Below are positions 43,362 through 56,105 of a stretch of 64,000 bases of DNA, piece by piece. The translations under genes and the position numbers were made by a program. The notes beneath the pieces are model-generated. The model had not been told where the DNA came from. It saw only the letters and a list, made by a program, of their open reading frames with translations, and ran no database searches. The DNA comes from Escherichia coli (GTDB lineage Bacteria; Pseudomonadota; Gammaproteobacteria; Enterobacterales; Enterobacteriaceae). Where the stretch lies: the NCBI RefSeq assembly GCF_009931435.1, contig NZ_CP043414.1. One strand, 5' to 3'. How positions within the stretch are numbered: position 1 is the first letter of the stretch; each line of letters opens with the position of its first letter.

Positions 43362-44246
43362 ATGAAAGTTGGTTTTATTGGCCTGGGGATTATGGGTAAA
43401 CCAATGAGTAAAAACCTTCTGAAAGCAGGTTACTCGCTGGTGGTTGCTGACCGTAACCCAGAAGCTATTGCTGACGTGATTGCTGCAGGTGCAGAAACAG
43501 CTTCTACGGCTAAAGCGATCGCTGAACAGTGCGACGTCATCATAACCATGCTGCCAAACTCCCCTCATGTGAAAGAGGTGGCGCTGGGTGAGAATGGCAT
43601 TATTGAAGGCGCGAAGCCAGGTACGGTATTGATCGATATGAGTTCTATTGCACCGCTGGCAAGCCGTGAAATAAGCGAAGCGCTGAAAGCGAAAGGCATT
43701 GATATGCTGGACGCCCCGGTGAGCGGCGGTGAACCGAAAGCCATCGACGGTACGCTGTCAGTGATGGTGGGCGGCGACAAGGCTATTTTCGACAAATACT
43801 ATGATTTGATGAAAGCGATGGCGGGTTCCGTGGTGCATACCGGGGAAATCGGTGCAGGTAACGTCACCAAACTGGCAAATCAGGTCATTGTGGCGCTGAA
43901 TATTGCCGCGATGTCAGAAGCGTTAACGCTGGCAACCAAAGCGGGCGTTAACCCGGATCTGGTGTATCAGGCAATTCGCGGTGGACTGGCGGGCAGTACC
44001 GTGCTGGATGCCAAAGCGCCGATGGTGATGGACCGCAACTTCAAGCCGGGCTTCCGTATTGATCTGCATATTAAGGATCTGGCAAATGCGCTGGATACTT
44101 CCCACGGCGTCGGCGCGCAACTGCCGCTCACAGCTGCGGTTATGGAGATGATGCAGGCACTGCGTGCCGATGGTTTAGGAACGGCGGATCATAGCGCCCT
44201 GGCGTGCTACTACGAAAAACTGGCGAAAGTCGAAGTTACTCGCTAA
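43362..44246 (+). CDS. garR: 2-hydroxy-3-oxopropionate (tartronate semialdehyde) reductase
   Basis: ORF 43347..44246; start set at MKVGFIGLGIMGKPM (Rossmann GxGxxG). Confidence 0.9.
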   Translation: MKVGFIGLGIMGKPMSKNLLKAGYSLVVADRNPEAIADVIAAGAETASTAKAIAEQCDVIITMLPNSPHVKEVALGENGIIEGAKPGTVLIDMSSIAPLASREISEALKAKGIDMLDAPVSGGEPKAIDGTLSVMVGGDKAIFDKYYDLMKAMAGSVVHTGEIGAGNVTKLANQVIVALNIAAMSEALTLATKAGVNPDLVYQAIRGGLAGSTVLDAKAPMVMDRNFKPGFRIDLHIKDLANALDTSHGVGAQLPLTAAVMEMMQALRADGLGTADHSALACYYEKLAKVEVTR

Positions 44247-44342
44247 TGACGTCGTGCCCGGATGGCGTATTGCAATCCGGGCCTGGAATCCAGGCCGAAT
44301 AAGAGAAACGCCCTCCGGCGTCATGTGGTAACAGGCATAGGT

Positions 44343-45488
44343 ATGAAAATCGTAATCGCCCCAGACTCTTATAAAGAAAGTTTATCTGCCAGCGAGGTTG
44401 CGCAGGCGATAGAAAAAGGATTTCGGGAAATTTTTCCTGATGCACAGTATGTTTCCGTTCCGGTTGCCGACGGTGGTGAAGGAACGGTGGAAGCCATGAT
44501 TGCAGCCACCCAGGGGGCTGAACGTCACGCCTGGGTTACAGGGCCGCTGGGCGAGAAAGTGAATGCCAGTTGGGGGATCTCCGGCGATGGCAAAACCGCG
44601 TTTATCGAAATGGCGGCGGCCAGTGGGCTGGAACTGGTACCTGCGGAAAAACGCGATCCACTTGTGACCACTTCACGCGGTACTGGCGAATTAATCCTGC
44701 AGGCGCTGGAGAGCGGCGCGACAAACATTATTATCGGCATTGGCGGCAGCGCCACCAACGACGGCGGCGCAGGCATGGTGCAGGCGCTGGGGGCGAAATT
44801 ATGCGATGCCAACGGCAATGAAATTGGTTTTGGCGGCGGTAGCCTTAATACTCTGAATGATATTGATATTTCCGGCCTCGATCCGCGCTTAAAAGATTGT
44901 GCTATTCGCGTCGCTTGTGATGTCACCAATCCGCTGGTGGGCGATAACGGCGCATCGCGCATCTTTGGCCCACAAAAGGGAGCCAGTGAAGCGATGATTG
45001 TCGAGCTGGACAATAACCTCTCTCACTATGCCGATGTCATTAAAAAAGCGCTGCATGTTGATGTGAAAGATGTCCCCGGCGCAGGAGCTGCGGGCGGTAT
45101 GGGCGCGGCGCTGATGGCGTTTCTTGGTGCGGAACTGAAAAGTGGTATTGAAATCGTCACGACGGCGCTGAATCTGGAGGAACATATTCACGATTGTACG
45201 CTGGTGATCACCGGTGAAGGGCGTATTGACAGCCAGAGTATACACGGCAAGGTTCCGATTGGCGTCGCAAACGTGGCGAAAAAGTACCATAAACCGGTGA
45301 TTGGCATTGCGGGTAGCCTGACCAATGATGTTGGCGTTGTACATCAGCATGGCATTGATGCGGTCTTCAGCGTATTGACCAGTATTGGTACGTTGGATGA
45401 AGCATTCCGCGGGGCTTATGACAATATTTACCGTGCTTCACGTAATATCGCCGCGACACTGGCGATTGGAATGCGCAACGCGGGGTGA
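44343..45488 (+). CDS. garK: glycerate 2-kinase (381 aa)
   Basis: ORF 44262..45488; start set at MKIVIAPDSYKESL (glycerate kinase family N-terminus). Confidence 0.9.
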   Translation: MKIVIAPDSYKESLSASEVAQAIEKGFREIFPDAQYVSVPVADGGEGTVEAMIAATQGAERHAWVTGPLGEKVNASWGISGDGKTAFIEMAAASGLELVPAEKRDPLVTTSRGTGELILQALESGATNIIIGIGGSATNDGGAGMVQALGAKLCDANGNEIGFGGGSLNTLNDIDISGLDPRLKDCAIRVACDVTNPLVGDNGASRIFGPQKGASEAMIVELDNNLSHYADVIKKALHVDVKDVPGAGAAGGMGAALMAFLGAELKSGIEIVTTALNLEEHIHDCTLVITGEGRIDSQSIHGKVPIGVANVAKKYHKPVIGIAGSLTNDVGVVHQHGIDAVFSVLTSIGTLDEAFRGAYDNIYRASRNIAATLAIGMRNAG

Positions 45489-45513
45489 CAAGGGCGCGCA
45501 AACCCTCTATACT
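45484..45513 (+). promoter_or_regulatory. rnpB promoter: -35-like GTGACA overlapping garK stop, -10 TATACT
   Basis: hexamers about 17 bp apart, -10 lies a few nt upstream of the M1 RNA 5' end GAAGCUGACC. Confidence 0.6.
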
Positions 45514-45520
45514 GCGCGCC

Positions 45521-45897
<377 letters not shown>

Positions 45898-45904
45898 ATT
45901 TTAA

Positions 45905-45940
45905 CGAAAACCCGCCAGCGTAAACTGGCGGGTTTTTGCT
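45905..45940 (+). terminator. rnpB rho-independent terminator
   Basis: aacccgccagcgtaaactggcgggtttttgctttt. Confidence 0.8.
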
Positions 45941-45959
45941 TTTGAGGAGGGTGGTCGGA

Positions 45960-46060
45960 AAGATGAACGTCTTATCTGGCCTACAAAACAACGAAAATTC
46001 AATATATTGCACAGAGGCAATGTAGGCCTGATAAGCGTAGCGCCTCAGGCAATTTTGTGT
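45960..46060. repeat. REP palindromic elements
   Basis: ggcctacaaaac... and gtaggcctgataagcgtagcgcctcaggc units. Confidence 0.75.
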
Positions 46061-46169
46061 TTATCATCAGTCTCGAACCTGCTTCGGCAAGCTTTTACTT
46101 TTGGTGCAGACGGAAAGATGAACGAATATCTAAGCTATTAATAATAGACTTTGCAAGAAATCATTACAT

Positions 46170-47339
46170 TTATATTTCATTTAAAAGATCGTAATCATAC
46201 GTATATTCTTTGCTAATAAAACGACACTCGTTGAAGCTAAATTTATCGTCTGAAAAGGAATTGTCAACAGAATCTCTCTCTTCCTCCAGGCTATTATCTG
46301 AAAGCAAGTCGTTTGAGTTAGTATAATCTAGGTTGTAATCGACAGTATAATTAATTTCTGGATCGGTTTGGTAATCATTTTTTTTGACGCAATCATATTC
46401 TTCAATAATTTTGTCGATATAATCATATGCTTTTTCTAATGAGAAGTTTTTCATCTCTGGTAATTTAACTTTGCTCAAATAATTATTAATTTTTGAGGAG
46501 TTTTTATATATGCTTTTTGTTAATTCTTTTTCTAATTTGTCTGTTATATTTGCTGTTGGTATGGATTTTATAATCGCATATCTCATGATTTTTAATTGAT
46601 CTTCGGTTAAATCTCCAAGCTCATTTAAACAACTTTCGACAAAGTTGATTTTTTCTCTGGAATAATCATCGCTGATACTTGTTAACGCTGGGGTGATTTT
46701 TAATAAAGAATTCCATGAGATAGTACCATTGTGTGTCGAACGCATAAAATTTATATTGTACATATTGGTTTTAGTAAACTTTGTTGCAAACAATGTAAAG
46801 GGATCTAAAGTCGCGTAAGCCATATGTTTATTTGAAAAATCATAACCAGTTAAATCGACGTTATGCAAGTCCAGATAGGATAAATCTATTACGTCGCCTG
46901 CTCCAGAGCTAAAGATTACATTTAATCTTCTGATTTCATTGTAAATTTTATTTAATGAACAATTTGTGTTCATGATGTCTGCTGAAATTTTTATGTTATT
47001 TAACGGTTCACAAATTATAAGCTCGCAGGTATTGTCTGATCGTTGCGTTATTTGGGCATTATAACCTAAAAAGTCTATGCGAAGAGACGAGTCATTATAA
47101 ATTATTACATTTTTTAAGTATGCTAATTCTTGTTGAAAATCACCATCGATAATACATGTCCCACCAGGTTGCAACGCGCTGATTAACGTGAGCATTTGAT
47201 TAGAAGTCTGTTTTAGTTTTACTACACCTGGTGCTAGTGCTTTGAGGTCATTTATTATGGGGGTTTCAGGAATGTCATTCATTTTTATACATACTAAATT
47301 ATTACCTAAGTCATTACCTATTGATGAAACCGGGAACAT
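46170..47339 (-). CDS. yhaC: AT-rich uncharacterised protein with pentapeptide-repeat segment (YhaC-like)
   Basis: 389 aa; DLSYL/DLHNV/DLTGY/DFSNK five-residue periodicity; acidic Asp/Asn/Tyr-rich C-terminus; low GC by eye. Confidence 0.7.
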   Translation of the reverse strand: MFPVSSIGNDLGNNLVCIKMNDIPETPIINDLKALAPGVVKLKQTSNQMLTLISALQPGGTCIIDGDFQQELAYLKNVIIYNDSSLRIDFLGYNAQITQRSDNTCELIICEPLNNIKISADIMNTNCSLNKIYNEIRRLNVIFSSGAGDVIDLSYLDLHNVDLTGYDFSNKHMAYATLDPFTLFATKFTKTNMYNINFMRSTHNGTISWNSLLKITPALTSISDDYSREKINFVESCLNELGDLTEDQLKIMRYAIIKSIPTANITDKLEKELTKSIYKNSSKINNYLSKVKLPEMKNFSLEKAYDYIDKIIEEYDCVKKNDYQTDPEINYTVDYNLDYTNSNDLLSDNSLEEERDSVDNSFSDDKFSFNECRFISKEYTYDYDLLNEI

Positions 47340-47360
47340 TATTTTATCCTTTTTAAATAA

Positions 47361-47900
47361 TCAATGAGAATCATGATTAAAATGATCTGGTGAAAAAAAG
47401 AGAATTTGCCAACAATCTGAAACATTGTCAGTTTTATTAAAATGATTAAATTCCGTTAAGATAACTTCTTTTTGCGTGAACTTTGCGCAAAACTTAAAAA
47501 TTGTCTCCTTGATACACTCCAGATCTTTTCTATTGATGGCTGAACAAGTACATTTTTCGCCAAAAGGTGAAAATGTGCCTACATCTAAAGTTTGTATTAT
47601 ATAATCATCATTTACTCCTGTAGAAATATCAATGATGAATGGACTTCTATTTTCCGGTTGGATTCGGATCATTACAGAAGAAACATCACCTTTATAGACA
47701 TTCAATGCAGTAATCGCAGATAATATTCTCCGCAATTCATTGCTTATGCTGTAAATTTCATTAACGTCATTTGTCGATATAATCTCGGCAAATTTTATTT
47801 TTACCTTCCAATAATCAATGTTTCTATTATAAGTGTTAACAGTCTCGTACATTGGTGGTATCGAAGGGGGTAAAAAATGTGAAACCGAATAACCTTTCAT
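47361..47900 (-). CDS. yhaB: AT-rich uncharacterised protein (YhaB-like), 179 aa
   Basis: ORF 47361..47930; start tentatively set at MKGYSVSHFLPP; 21 nt upstream of yhaC on the same strand. Confidence 0.65.
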   Translation of the reverse strand: MKGYSVSHFLPPSIPPMYETVNTYNRNIDYWKVKIKFAEIISTNDVNEIYSISNELRRILSAITALNVYKGDVSSVMIRIQPENRSPFIIDISTGVNDDYIIQTLDVGTFSPFGEKCTCSAINRKDLECIKETIFKFCAKFTQKEVILTEFNHFNKTDNVSDCWQILFFSPDHFNHDSH

Positions 47901-48138
47901 TGATGCCTGCCTTGTCATCATGACAAACAATAATCAATGCTTATTCTCCTTGCACGGTTCGCTCACAACTATCAAAAAACGCTCAATTACCCGGCATTAC
48001 AGTCAACGAAGCAAAATTCTGTGGTCTACAACGATGTAAAGCACAACGAAAATCCTCCTTGTTCTCTTCTTCTGATCGTATAGCGATGAACATCAATTAT
48101 TCGTTTTGTGATCCTCAACACAAAATGCTATTTAGTAA

Positions 48139-48513
48139 CTATGGTGACAGTAGAAACGAGGGGAAACGATTGCATTCACAAAATGACGTCCTGTAAGAAG
48201 GGTGAAAGTTGATGTTAATCAATTGTTCGAGATGATCAATATCTGTATTCAAAATTTTAAAACATTGATAAAATAAATGTTTGTCCTCCAACAAATAGCG
48301 AGAAAAAATGTGACGTGCCGCATTATTTATCGCTGAAAATGATTTATTTATAATAAAATTTGATAACTTGCTCATAAAATTTAACTCAAAATTTGCCTGG
48401 TAATTATCCGCTAATTGCTTGAAATATGGTCGCAGCTGCTTTTTTTTATTAACCACATAACGAATGATGTTATCGCCATAAAATATGGTTATCCCTGTCA
48501 TTTTTTTTGACAA
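48139..48513 (-). CDS. tdcR: AT-rich small ORF at the tdcR position, divergent from tdcA; true start uncertain (internal Met at MSKLSNFII)
   Basis: 124-codon ORF, location upstream of and divergent from tdcABC. Confidence 0.55.
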   Translation of the reverse strand: MSKKMTGITIFYGDNIIRYVVNKKKQLRPYFKQLADNYQANFELNFMSKLSNFIINKSFSAINNAARHIFSRYLLEDKHLFYQCFKILNTDIDHLEQLININFHPSYRTSFCECNRFPSFLLSP

Positions 48514-48689
48514 AAATCAGGGTTTATGCTGATTTATATACTTTAACTTATTGATATATAAAAATATTTAATTGATACAGTGATGTCCAAAAAAGTATTG
48601 AAAGTTAATTTGTGAGTGGTCGCACATATCCTGTTCATTTCATTTTGATACACTTCATGCCGTCAATGAGGTTATTAACGTAGGTAGTT

Positions 48690-49628
48690 ATGAGCACTAT
48701 TCTTCTTCCGAAAACGCAGCATCTGGTAGTCTTTCAGGAAGTCATTAGAAGTGGCTCTATCGGCTCGGCTGCAAAAGAATTAGGGTTAACTCAACCCGCC
48801 GTCAGTAAAATCATTAACGATATTGAAGACTATTTTGGCGTGGAATTAGTGGTGCGGAAAAATACCGGTGTAACATTAACACCTGCCGGTCAATTGTTAC
48901 TCTCCCGTTCCGAATCCATTACCCGTGAAATGAAAAATATGGTTAATGAGATAAGCGGTATGTCTTCTGAGGCGGTGGTGGAAGTCTCATTTGGTTTTCC
49001 TTCATTGATTGGTTTTACTTTTATGTCCGGGATGATCAACAAGTTCAAAGAGGTGTTTCCGAAAGCGCAGGTTTCTATGTATGAAGCGCAACTGTCTTCG
49101 TTCCTACCGGCAATCCGCGACGGTCGCCTGGATTTTGCGATTGGTACGTTAAGCGCAGAAATGAAGCTTCAGGATTTACATGTTGAGCCGCTGTTCGAGT
49201 CCGAGTTTGTGCTGGTAGCCAGTAAGTCCCGAACATGCACCGGCACCACCACGCTGGAGTCGTTGAAGAACGAACAGTGGGTGTTGCCACAAACCAATAT
49301 GGGGTACTACAGCGAGCTGCTTACCACGTTACAAAGAAATGGCATCAGTATTGAAAACATCGTTAAAACTGACTCAGTCGTGACAATTTATAATCTTGTC
49401 CTCAATGCTGATTTCTTAACTGTAATTCCTTGTGATATGACGTCACCTTTTGGTTCTAATCAATTTATTACTATCCCGGTTGAAGAAACATTACCTGTGG
49501 CACAATATGCCGCGGTATGGTCGAAAAATTATCGTATTAAAAAAGCAGCATCGGTTTTGGTGGAATTAGCCAAAGAGTATTCATCTTATAATGGGTGTAG
49601 ACGAAGGCAATTAATAGAAGTTGGTTAG
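48690..49628 (+). CDS. tdcA: LysR-family transcriptional activator of the tdc operon
   Basis: 312 aa, N-terminal LysR HTH (…GSIGSAAKELGLTQPAVSKII…). Confidence 0.9.
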   Translation: MSTILLPKTQHLVVFQEVIRSGSIGSAAKELGLTQPAVSKIINDIEDYFGVELVVRKNTGVTLTPAGQLLLSRSESITREMKNMVNEISGMSSEAVVEVSFGFPSLIGFTFMSGMINKFKEVFPKAQVSMYEAQLSSFLPAIRDGRLDFAIGTLSAEMKLQDLHVEPLFESEFVLVASKSRTCTGTTTLESLKNEQWVLPQTNMGYYSELLTTLQRNGISIENIVKTDSVVTIYNLVLNADFLTVIPCDMTSPFGSNQFITIPVEETLPVAQYAAVWSKNYRIKKAASVLVELAKEYSSYNGCRRRQLIEVG

Positions 49629-49726
49629 TTATTTGTTTTTATTTAAACATAAATAATCCACCTGTCTGTTTTGCAGGTGTCGGTTACGGTTACCTACATA
49701 TTTAATTCAGGCTAAGAGGTTTTATA

Positions 49727-50716
49727 ATGCATATTACATACGATCTCCCGGTTGCTATTGATGACATCATTGAAGCAAAACAACGACTGGCTGGGCGAAT
49801 TTATAAAACAGGCATGCCTCGCTCCAACTATTTTAGTGAACGTTGCAAAGGTGAAATATTCCTCAAATTCGAAAACATGCAGCGTACCGGTTCATTTAAA
49901 ATTCGTGGCGCATTTAATAAATTAAGTTCACTGACCGATGCGGAAAAACGTAAAGGTGTAGTGGCCTGCTCTGCGGGCAACCATGCGCAAGGGGTTTCGC
50001 TCTCCTGCGCGATGCTGGGTATCGACGGTAAAGTGGTGATGCCAAAAGGCGCGCCGAAATCCAAAGTAGCGGCAACGTGCGACTACTCCGCTGAAGTTGT
50101 TTTGCATGGTGATAACTTCAACGACACTATCGCTAAAGTGAGCGAAATTGTCGAAATGGAAGGCCGTATTTTTATCCCACCTTATGATGATCCGAAAGTG
50201 ATTGCCGGTCAGGGAACGATTGGTCTGGAAATTATGGAAGATCTCTATGATGTCGATAACGTGATTGTGCCAATTGGCGGTGGCGGTTTAATTGCTGGTA
50301 TTGCGGTAGCGATTAAATCAATTAACCCGACTATTCGTGTTATTGGTGTACAGTCAGAAAACGTTCACGGCATGGCGGCTTCTTTCCACTCCGGAGAAAT
50401 AACCACGCACCGAACTACCGGCACCCTGGCGGATGGTTGTGATGTCGCCCGCCCGGGTAATTTAACTTACGAAATCGTTCGTGAATTAGTCGATGACATC
50501 GTGCTGGTCAGCGAAGACGAAATCAGAAACAGTATGATTGCCTTAATTCAGCGCAATAAAGTCGTCACCGAAGGTGCAGGCGCTCTGGCATGTGCTGCAT
50601 TATTAAGCGGTAAATTAGACCAATATATTCAAAACAGAAAAACCGTCAGTATTATTTCCGGCGGCAATATCGATCTTTCTCGCGTCTCTCAAATCACCGG
50701 TTTCGTTGACGCTTAA
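49727..50716 (+). CDS. tdcB: catabolic (biodegradative) L-threonine dehydratase, PLP-dependent
   Basis: 329 aa; PLP-Lys motif region …[15 protein letters not shown]…. Confidence 0.92.
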   Translation: MHITYDLPVAIDDIIEAKQRLAGRIYKTGMPRSNYFSERCKGEIFLKFENMQRTGSFKIRGAFNKLSSLTDAEKRKGVVACSAGNHAQGVSLSCAMLGIDGKVVMPKGAPKSKVAATCDYSAEVVLHGDNFNDTIAKVSEIVEMEGRIFIPPYDDPKVIAGQGTIGLEIMEDLYDVDNVIVPIGGGGLIAGIAVAIKSINPTIRVIGVQSENVHGMAASFHSGEITTHRTTGTLADGCDVARPGNLTYEIVRELVDDIVLVSEDEIRNSMIALIQRNKVVTEGAGALACAALLSGKLDQYIQNRKTVSIISGGNIDLSRVSQITGFVDA

Positions 50717-50734
50717 TTAATTCGTTGAGGATAG

Positions 50735-52069
<1,335 letters not shown>

Positions 52070-52094
52070 TCCGTAACTCAGGATGAGAAAAGAG

Positions 52095-53303
52095 ATGAAT
52101 GAATTTCCGGTTGTTTTGGTTATTAACTGTGGTTCGTCTTCGATTAAGTTTTCCGTGCTCGATGCCAGCGACTGTGAAGTATTAATGTCAGGTATTGCCG
52201 ACGGTATTAACTCGGAAAATGCATTCTTATCCGTAAATGGGGGAGAGCCAGCACCGCTGGCTCACCACAGCTACGAAGGTGCATTGAAGGCAATTGCATT
52301 TGAACTGGAAAAACGGAATTTAAATGACAGCGTGGCCTTAATTGGCCACCGCATCGCTCACGGCGGCAGTATTTTTACCGAGTCCGCCATTATTACCGAT
52401 GAAGTCATTGATAATATCCGTCGCGTTTCTCCACTGGCACCCCTGCATAATTACGCCAATTTAAGTGGTATTGAATCGGCGCAGCAATTATTCCCGGGCG
52501 TAACTCAGGTGGCGGTATTTGATACCAGTTTCCACCAGACGATGGCGCCGGAAGCTTATTTATACGGCCTGCCGTGGAAATATTATGAAGAGTTAGGTGT
52601 ACGCCGTTATGGTTTCCACGGCACGTCGCACCGCTACGTTTCCCAGCGCGCGCATTCTTTGCTGAATCTGGCGGAAGATGACTCCGGCCTGGTCGTGGCG
52701 CATCTTGGCAATGGCGCGTCAATCTGCGCAGTTCGCAACGGTCAGAGTGTTGACACCTCAATGGGAATGACGCCGCTGGAAGGTTTGATGATGGGTACCC
52801 GCAGTGGCGATGTCGACTTCGGGGCGATGTCCTGGGTCGCCAGTCAAACCAACCAGAGCCTGAGTGACCTGGAACGCGTAGTGAATAAAGAGTCGGGATT
52901 ATTAGGCATTTCCGGTCTTTCTTCGGATTTACGTGTTCTGGAAAAAGCGTGGCATGAAGGACACGAACGCGCGCAACTGGCAATTAAAACCTTTGTTCAC
53001 CGAATTGCCCGTCATATTGCCGGACACGCAGCTTCATTACGTCGCCTGGATGGAATTATATTCACCGGCGGAATAGGAGAGAACTCAAGTTTAATTCGTC
53101 GTTTGGTCATGGAGCATTTGGCTGTATTAGGCGTAGAGATTGATACAGAAATGAATAATCGCTCTAACTCCTGTGGAGAGCGAATTGTTTCCAGTGAAAA
53201 TGCGCGTGTCATTTGCGCCGTTATCCCAACCAACGAAGAAAAAATGATTGCTTTGGATGCCATTCATTTAGGCAAAGTGAACGCGCCCGCAGAATTTGCA
53301 TAA
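52095..53303 (+). CDS. tdcD: propionate kinase / acetate kinase family (402 aa)
   Basis: ORF 52083..53303; start set at [23 protein letters not shown] (acetokinase signature). Confidence 0.9.
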   Translation: MNEFPVVLVINCGSSSIKFSVLDASDCEVLMSGIADGINSENAFLSVNGGEPAPLAHHSYEGALKAIAFELEKRNLNDSVALIGHRIAHGGSIFTESAIITDEVIDNIRRVSPLAPLHNYANLSGIESAQQLFPGVTQVAVFDTSFHQTMAPEAYLYGLPWKYYEELGVRRYGFHGTSHRYVSQRAHSLLNLAEDDSGLVVAHLGNGASICAVRNGQSVDTSMGMTPLEGLMMGTRSGDVDFGAMSWVASQTNQSLSDLERVVNKESGLLGISGLSSDLRVLEKAWHEGHERAQLAIKTFVHRIARHIAGHAASLRRLDGIIFTGGIGENSSLIRRLVMEHLAVLGVEIDTEMNNRSNSCGERIVSSENARVICAVIPTNEEKMIALDAIHLGKVNAPAEFA

Positions 53304-53336
53304 TTTAGTTGAAGTATTGTAGAGAGATTATTTTTC

Positions 53337-55631
53337 ATGAAGGTAGATATTGATACCAGCGATAAGCTGTACGCCGACGCATGGCTTGGCTTTAAAGGTA
53401 CGGACTGGAAAAACGAAATTAATGTCCGCGATTTTATTCAACATAACTATACACCGTATGAAGGTGATGAATCTTTTCTCGCCGAAGCAACGCCAGCCAC
53501 CACGGAATTGTGGGAAAAAGTAATGGAAGGCATCCGTATCGAAAACGCGACTCACGCGCCATTGGATTTCGATACTAATATTGCCACCACCATTACCGCT
53601 CATGATGCGGGATATATTAACCAGCCGCTGGAAAAAATTGTTGGCCTGCAAACAGATGCACCATTAAAGCGCGCGCTGCATCCGTTCGGCGGTATTAATA
53701 TGATTAAAAGTTCATTCCACGCATATGGCCGTGAAATGGACAGTGAATTTGAGTACATCTTTACCGATCTGCGTAAAACCCATAATCAGGGCGTATTTGA
53801 TGCGTACTCACCGGATATGCTGCGCTGCCGTAAATCGGGTGTACTGACTGGTTTGCCAGACGGTTATGGTCGTGGGCGTATTATCGGTGACTACCGCCGC
53901 GTAGCGCTTTACGGCATCAGTTATCTGGTACGTGAACGCGAACTGCAATTTGCCGATCTCCAGTCTCGTCTGGAAAAAGGCGAAGATCTCGAAGCCACTA
54001 TCCGTCTGCGTGAGGAGCTGGCGGAACATCGTCGTGCGCTGTTGCAGATTCAGGAAATGGCGGCGAAATACGGTTTTGATATCTCCCGTCCGGCGCGGAA
54101 TGCGCAGGAAGCGGTGCAGTGGCTCTACTTCGCTTACCTGGCGGCAGTGAAATCACAGAACGGCGGCGCAATGTCTCTTGGCCGTACGGCATCGTTCCTC
54201 GATATCTACATTGAGCGCGACTTTAAAGCTGGCGTGCTCAATGAGCAGCAGGCACAAGAACTGATCGACCACTTCATTATGAAGATCCGTATGGTGCGCT
54301 TCCTGCGTACGCCGGAATTTGATTCGCTGTTCTCTGGCGACCCGATCTGGGCGACGGAAGTGATCGGTGGGATGGGGCTGGACGGTCGTACGCTGGTGAC
54401 CAAAAACTCTTTCCGTTATCTGCACACCCTGCACACTATGGGGCCAGCACCGGAACCAAACCTGACCATTCTGTGGTCGGAAGAATTACCGATCGCCTTC
54501 AAAAAATATGCCGCGCAGGTGTCTATCGTCACCTCTTCCTTGCAGTATGAAAACGACGATCTGATGCGTACTGACTTCAACAGCGACGATTACGCGATTG
54601 CCTGCTGCGTTAGCCCGATGGTGATTGGTAAGCAAATGCAGTTCTTTGGTGCACGCGCTAACCTGGCGAAAACGCTGCTCTACGCAATTAACGGCGGGGT
54701 GGACGAGAAGCTGAAGATTCAGGTCGGCCCAAAAACAGCACCGCTGATGGACGACGTGTTGGACTACGACAAAGTGATGGACAGCCTCGACCACTTTATG
54801 GACTGGCTGGCGGTGCAGTACATCAGCGCGCTGAACATCATCCACTACATGCACGACAAGTACAGCTACGAAGCCTCGCTGATGGCGCTGCATGATCGTG
54901 ATGTCTATCGCACTATGGCGTGTGGCATCGCGGGCCTGTCAGTGGCGACGGACTCCCTGTCTGCCATCAAATATGCCCGCGTGAAACCAATCCGTGACGA
55001 AAACGGCCTGGCGGTGGACTTTGAAATCGATGGCGAATATCCGCAGTACGGCAACAATGATGAGCGTGTAGACAGTATTGCCTGCGACCTCGTTGAACGT
55101 TTTATGAAGAAAATTAAAGCGCTGCCGACCTATCGCAACGCCGTCCCTACCCAGTCGATTCTGACTATCACTTCTAACGTGGTGTACGGGCAGAAAACCG
55201 GTAACACGCCGGACGGTCGTCGCGCCGGAACACCGTTCGCACCGGGCGCTAACCCGATGCACGGTCGTGACCGTAAAGGTGCCGTGGCCTCGCTGACGTC
55301 GGTGGCGAAACTGCCGTTCACTTACGCCAAAGACGGTATCTCGTACACCTTCTCAATTGTCCCGGCGGCGTTGGGCAAAGAAGATCCAGTACGTAAAACC
55401 AACCTTGTCGGCCTGCTGGATGGGTATTTCCACCACGAAGCGGATGTCGAAGGCGGTCAACACCTCAACGTCAACGTAATGAATCGGGAAATGCTGCTGG
55501 ATGCCATCGAGCACCCGGAAAAATATCCTAACCTGACAATCCGTGTCTCTGGCTACGCCGTGCGTTTCAACGCACTGACCCGTGAACAGCAACAAGATGT
55601 TATTTCACGTACTTTTACCCAGGCGCTCTGA
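53337..55631 (+). CDS. tdcE: 2-ketobutyrate formate-lyase / pyruvate formate-lyase (glycyl radical enzyme)
   Basis: 764 aa; C-terminal glycyl-radical motif …RVSGYAVRF…. Confidence 0.92.
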   Translation: MKVDIDTSDKLYADAWLGFKGTDWKNEINVRDFIQHNYTPYEGDESFLAEATPATTELWEKVMEGIRIENATHAPLDFDTNIATTITAHDAGYINQPLEKIVGLQTDAPLKRALHPFGGINMIKSSFHAYGREMDSEFEYIFTDLRKTHNQGVFDAYSPDMLRCRKSGVLTGLPDGYGRGRIIGDYRRVALYGISYLVRERELQFADLQSRLEKGEDLEATIRLREELAEHRRALLQIQEMAAKYGFDISRPARNAQEAVQWLYFAYLAAVKSQNGGAMSLGRTASFLDIYIERDFKAGVLNEQQAQELIDHFIMKIRMVRFLRTPEFDSLFSGDPIWATEVIGGMGLDGRTLVTKNSFRYLHTLHTMGPAPEPNLTILWSEELPIAFKKYAAQVSIVTSSLQYENDDLMRTDFNSDDYAIACCVSPMVIGKQMQFFGARANLAKTLLYAINGGVDEKLKIQVGPKTAPLMDDVLDYDKVMDSLDHFMDWLAVQYISALNIIHYMHDKYSYEASLMALHDRDVYRTMACGIAGLSVATDSLSAIKYARVKPIRDENGLAVDFEIDGEYPQYGNNDERVDSIACDLVERFMKKIKALPTYRNAVPTQSILTITSNVVYGQKTGNTPDGRRAGTPFAPGANPMHGRDRKGAVASLTSVAKLPFTYAKDGISYTFSIVPAALGKEDPVRKTNLVGLLDGYFHHEADVEGGQHLNVNVMNREMLLDAIEHPEKYPNLTIRVSGYAVRFNALTREQQQDVISRTFTQAL

Positions 55632-55644
55632 CGCCGGAGGATGT

Positions 55645-56034
55645 ATGAAAAAGATTATCGAAACGCAACGTGCCCCAGGCGCAATCGGCCCTTATGTTCA
55701 GGGTGTTGATTTAGGCAGCATGGTCTTCACCTCCGGGCAAATTCCGGTTTGCCCGCAGACAGGTGAGATCCCGGCTGATGTGCAAGATCAGGCGCGTTTA
55801 AGCCTCGAAAACGTCAAAGCGATCGTGGTTGCTGCCGGGCTGAGCGTGGGTGATATCATCAAGATGACCGTGTTCATCACCGATCTGAATGATTTTGCCA
55901 CCATCAATGAAGTCTATAAGCAGTTCTTCGATGAGCATCAGGCGACCTACCCGACCCGGAGCTGTGTGCAGGTCGCGCGTTTGCCGAAAGATGTGAAGCT
56001 GGAAATTGAAGCCATCGCAGTACGTAGTGCGTAA
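55645..56034 (+). CDS. tdcF: RidA/YjgF-family enamine/imine deaminase (129 aa)
   Basis: ORF 55582..56034; start set at MKKIIETQRAPGAIGPYVQ preceded by GGAGG. Confidence 0.9.
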   Translation: MKKIIETQRAPGAIGPYVQGVDLGSMVFTSGQIPVCPQTGEIPADVQDQARLSLENVKAIVVAAGLSVGDIIKMTVFITDLNDFATINEVYKQFFDEHQATYPTRSCVQVARLPKDVKLEIEAIAVRSA

Positions 56035-56105
56035 AGCCTCGTGAGCGGGACGGTCGCAAGGTCGTTCCGCTCCACTTCACTGAACGGCAATCCGAGGGTG
56101 TGGAT

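Noticed and set aside
52405-52983. 192-aa minus-strand ORF inside tdcD
   Set aside because: Antisense shadow ORF
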